From contig NIVC01000225.1 of NCBI GenBank assembly GCA_002269645.1, positions 598,416 to 662,415 of the forward strand: a stretch of 64,000 nt of DNA, written 5' to 3'. Source of the DNA: Macrostomum lignano (lineage: Eukaryota). Position 1 is the first letter of the stretch. Each line of letters opens with the position of its first letter. The notes beneath the pieces are model-generated. The model ran no database searches, was not told the DNA's origin, and worked only from the letters and a program-made list of their open reading frames with translations. Made by a program: the position numbers and the translations under genes. This document shows, one piece after another, positions 61,785 through 64,000 of this stretch.

Positions 61785-62822
61785 CAGGGACAGACATGGG
61801 GAAAGACTGACACTGGGACAGACAGTAGGACAGGCATTGGGACAGACAGTAGGACAGGCATTGGGACAGACACTAAGACAGACACTGGGATAGACAGTAG
61901 GACAGACACTGGGACAGACACTGGGACAGACACTGGGACAGACAATGGAACAGACAATGGGACAGACACTGGGACAGACACTGGGACAGACACTGGGACA
62001 GACACTGGGACAGACACTGGGACAGACACTGGGACAGACACTGGGACAGACACTAGCTGGGACAGACACTAGGACAGATACTGGGACAGACACTGGGACA
62101 GACACTGGGACAGACACTGGGACAGACACTAGGACAGATACTGGGACAGATACTGGGACAGACACTGGGACAGACACTGGGACAGACACTGGGACAGATA
62201 CTGGGACAGACACTGGGACAGACACTGGGACAGATACTGGGACAGACACTGGGACAGACACTGGGACAGACACTGGGACAGACACTAAGACAGACACTGG
62301 GACAGACAGTAGGACAGACACTAGGATAGACACTGGGACAGACACTAGGACAGACACTGGGACAGACACTGGGACAGACGCTAGGACAGACACTGGGACA
62401 GATACTGGGACAGACACTAGGACAGATACTGGGACAGACACTGGGACAGACGCTAGGACAGACACTGGGACAGACACTGGGACAGACACTAGGACAGACA
62501 CTGGGACAGACACTGGGACAGACACTAGGACAGACACTGGGACAGACAGTAGGACAGACACTGGGACAGACACTGGGACAGACACTGGGACAGACACTGG
62601 GACAGACACTGGGACAGATACTGGGACAGACACAGGGACAAACACTGGGACAGACACAGGGACAAACACTGGGACAGACACTGGGACAGACACTGGGACA
62701 GACACTGGGACAGACAATGGGACAGACACAGGGACAAACACTGGGACAGACACTGGGACAGACACTAGGACAAACACTGGGACAGACACTGGGACAGACA
62801 CTGGGACAGACACTCAGACAAA
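61785..62822 (+). repeat. 12-bp minisatellite (GGGACAGACACT)n
   Basis: Visible tandem units. Confidence 0.97.
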
Positions 62823-63446
62823 CGCTGTGACGCAGACACTAACAATGCAGCAACAATAACAGCCTGAAATGTGTATAATTACAATAGCTAAGCTTATACT
62901 AAGAATTTTCCATTAGCCTCTCAAATGGCCAGCGAAGCGCCATAAATCTGTTACTGGGGCGCTGGCTAGCCGGCCAAAAACTGAAGGCGGAGCAGCTGCA
63001 AAAATTGCCACGCCAATTTCCAATTCAATTGATTTTCTCCCTCCTCATCAGCTCTCTCGCGTCAAACCTTTCTCACCTGCCCTGACTGCGCGTCAATCGA
63101 TACTTAAATCAGCGCGCTCTGCACTGTTTGGATGAATTTGGCAGTCAGGAGGCCGACTCAATTAGCCAAGCGCCATCTCCCAAACCTACTCAGCAGCTCT
63201 GACAAGAAACTTGAGTCCTAGTCCCGCGCAGCTGGACCTCGTCCCCTCCCCACCCCGTCCTACGGCCGTAATTGCTCAGCTGCTTCGATCCACTAATTAG
63301 TCGGCTGGAAGCCTGGCGTCCTTTCTAAAAAATGAAAGTGACCTTCTCTGCGGGGGAGCTTGCGGTCCGAGACTGCCTGCCTGAGTGCCATTAAGGCTAA
63401 TTAGAGTCCGCATTTTTGCCTGCCTGCCTGTCCGCCTGTGCCTTAG

Positions 63447-64000
63447 AGTCTGTCCCAGTGTCTGTCCCAGTGTCTGTCCCTGTATCTGTCCCAGTGTCTG
63501 TTCCAGTGTCTGTCCCAGTGTCTGTCCCAGTGTCTGTCCCAGTGTCTGTCCCAGTGTCTGTCCCAGTGTCTGTCCCAGTGTCTGTCCCAGTGTCTGTCCC
63601 AGTGTCTGTCCCAGTGTCTGTCCCAGTGTCTGTCCCAGTGTCTGTCCCATTGTCTGTCCCTGTATCTGTCCCAGTGTCTGTCCCAGTATCTGTCCTAGTG
63701 TCTGTCCTAGTGTCTGTCCCAGTGTCTGTCCCAGTGTCTGTCCCATTGTCTGACCCAGTGTCTGTCCCAGTGTCTGTCCCAGTGTCTGTCCCAGTGTCTG
63801 TCCCAGTCTCTGTCCCAGTGTCTGTCCCAGTGTCTGTCCCAGTGTCTGTCCCAGTGTCTGTCCCAGTATCTGTCCCAGTGTCTGTCCCTGTATCTGTCCC
63901 AGTGTCTGTCTCAGTATCTGTCCTAGTGTCTGTCCCAGTGTCTGTCCCTGTATCTGTCCCAGTGTCTGTCCCAGTGTCCGTCCCTGTATCTGTCCCAGTG
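63447..64000 (-). repeat. Same 12-bp minisatellite in inverted orientation (TCTGTCCCAGTG)n, running off the window end
   Basis: Reverse complement of the 61785-62822 unit. Confidence 0.97.

Noticed and set aside
61689-63753. GTDT / SVPV / GQTL repeat ORFs
   Set aside because: Translations of the 12-bp arrays with no credible start or splice context.

Overview
Eukaryotic (animal) genomic DNA with spliceosomal introns. Q/A/S-rich proteins and minisatellite-filled introns resemble a flatworm such as Macrostomum (inference from style only). Five host genes could be reconstructed by hand with phase-consistent GT-AG junctions: a small single-pass membrane protein with 7 x 10-aa repeats (minus, 7269-7754); RAD54L2/ARIP4 SNF2 helicase (minus, 7 exons, ~1988 aa); a 99-aa secreted EGF-domain protein (plus, 2 exons); ZNF598/Hel2 (plus, 5 exons, ~937 aa); and an uncharacterised ~393-aa Pro-rich protein (plus, 3 exons). 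Mobile DNA includes a 5'-truncated RNase H-bearing non-LTR element inserted in a 22-23 bp satellite, a degenerate Gypsy element, a CACTA/EnSpm transposase remnant, a Crypton-like remnant, a TTAA-flanked Kolobok-like element, a ~1.3 kb foldback, MITEs and a SINE fragment. About 15 distinct tandem arrays are present. Nearly every long intron is filled by its own minisatellite, and one 28-bp family occurs at three separate loci. Most long ORFs in the supplied track are artefacts of these repeats. No rRNA, intact tRNA or CRISPR array was found.
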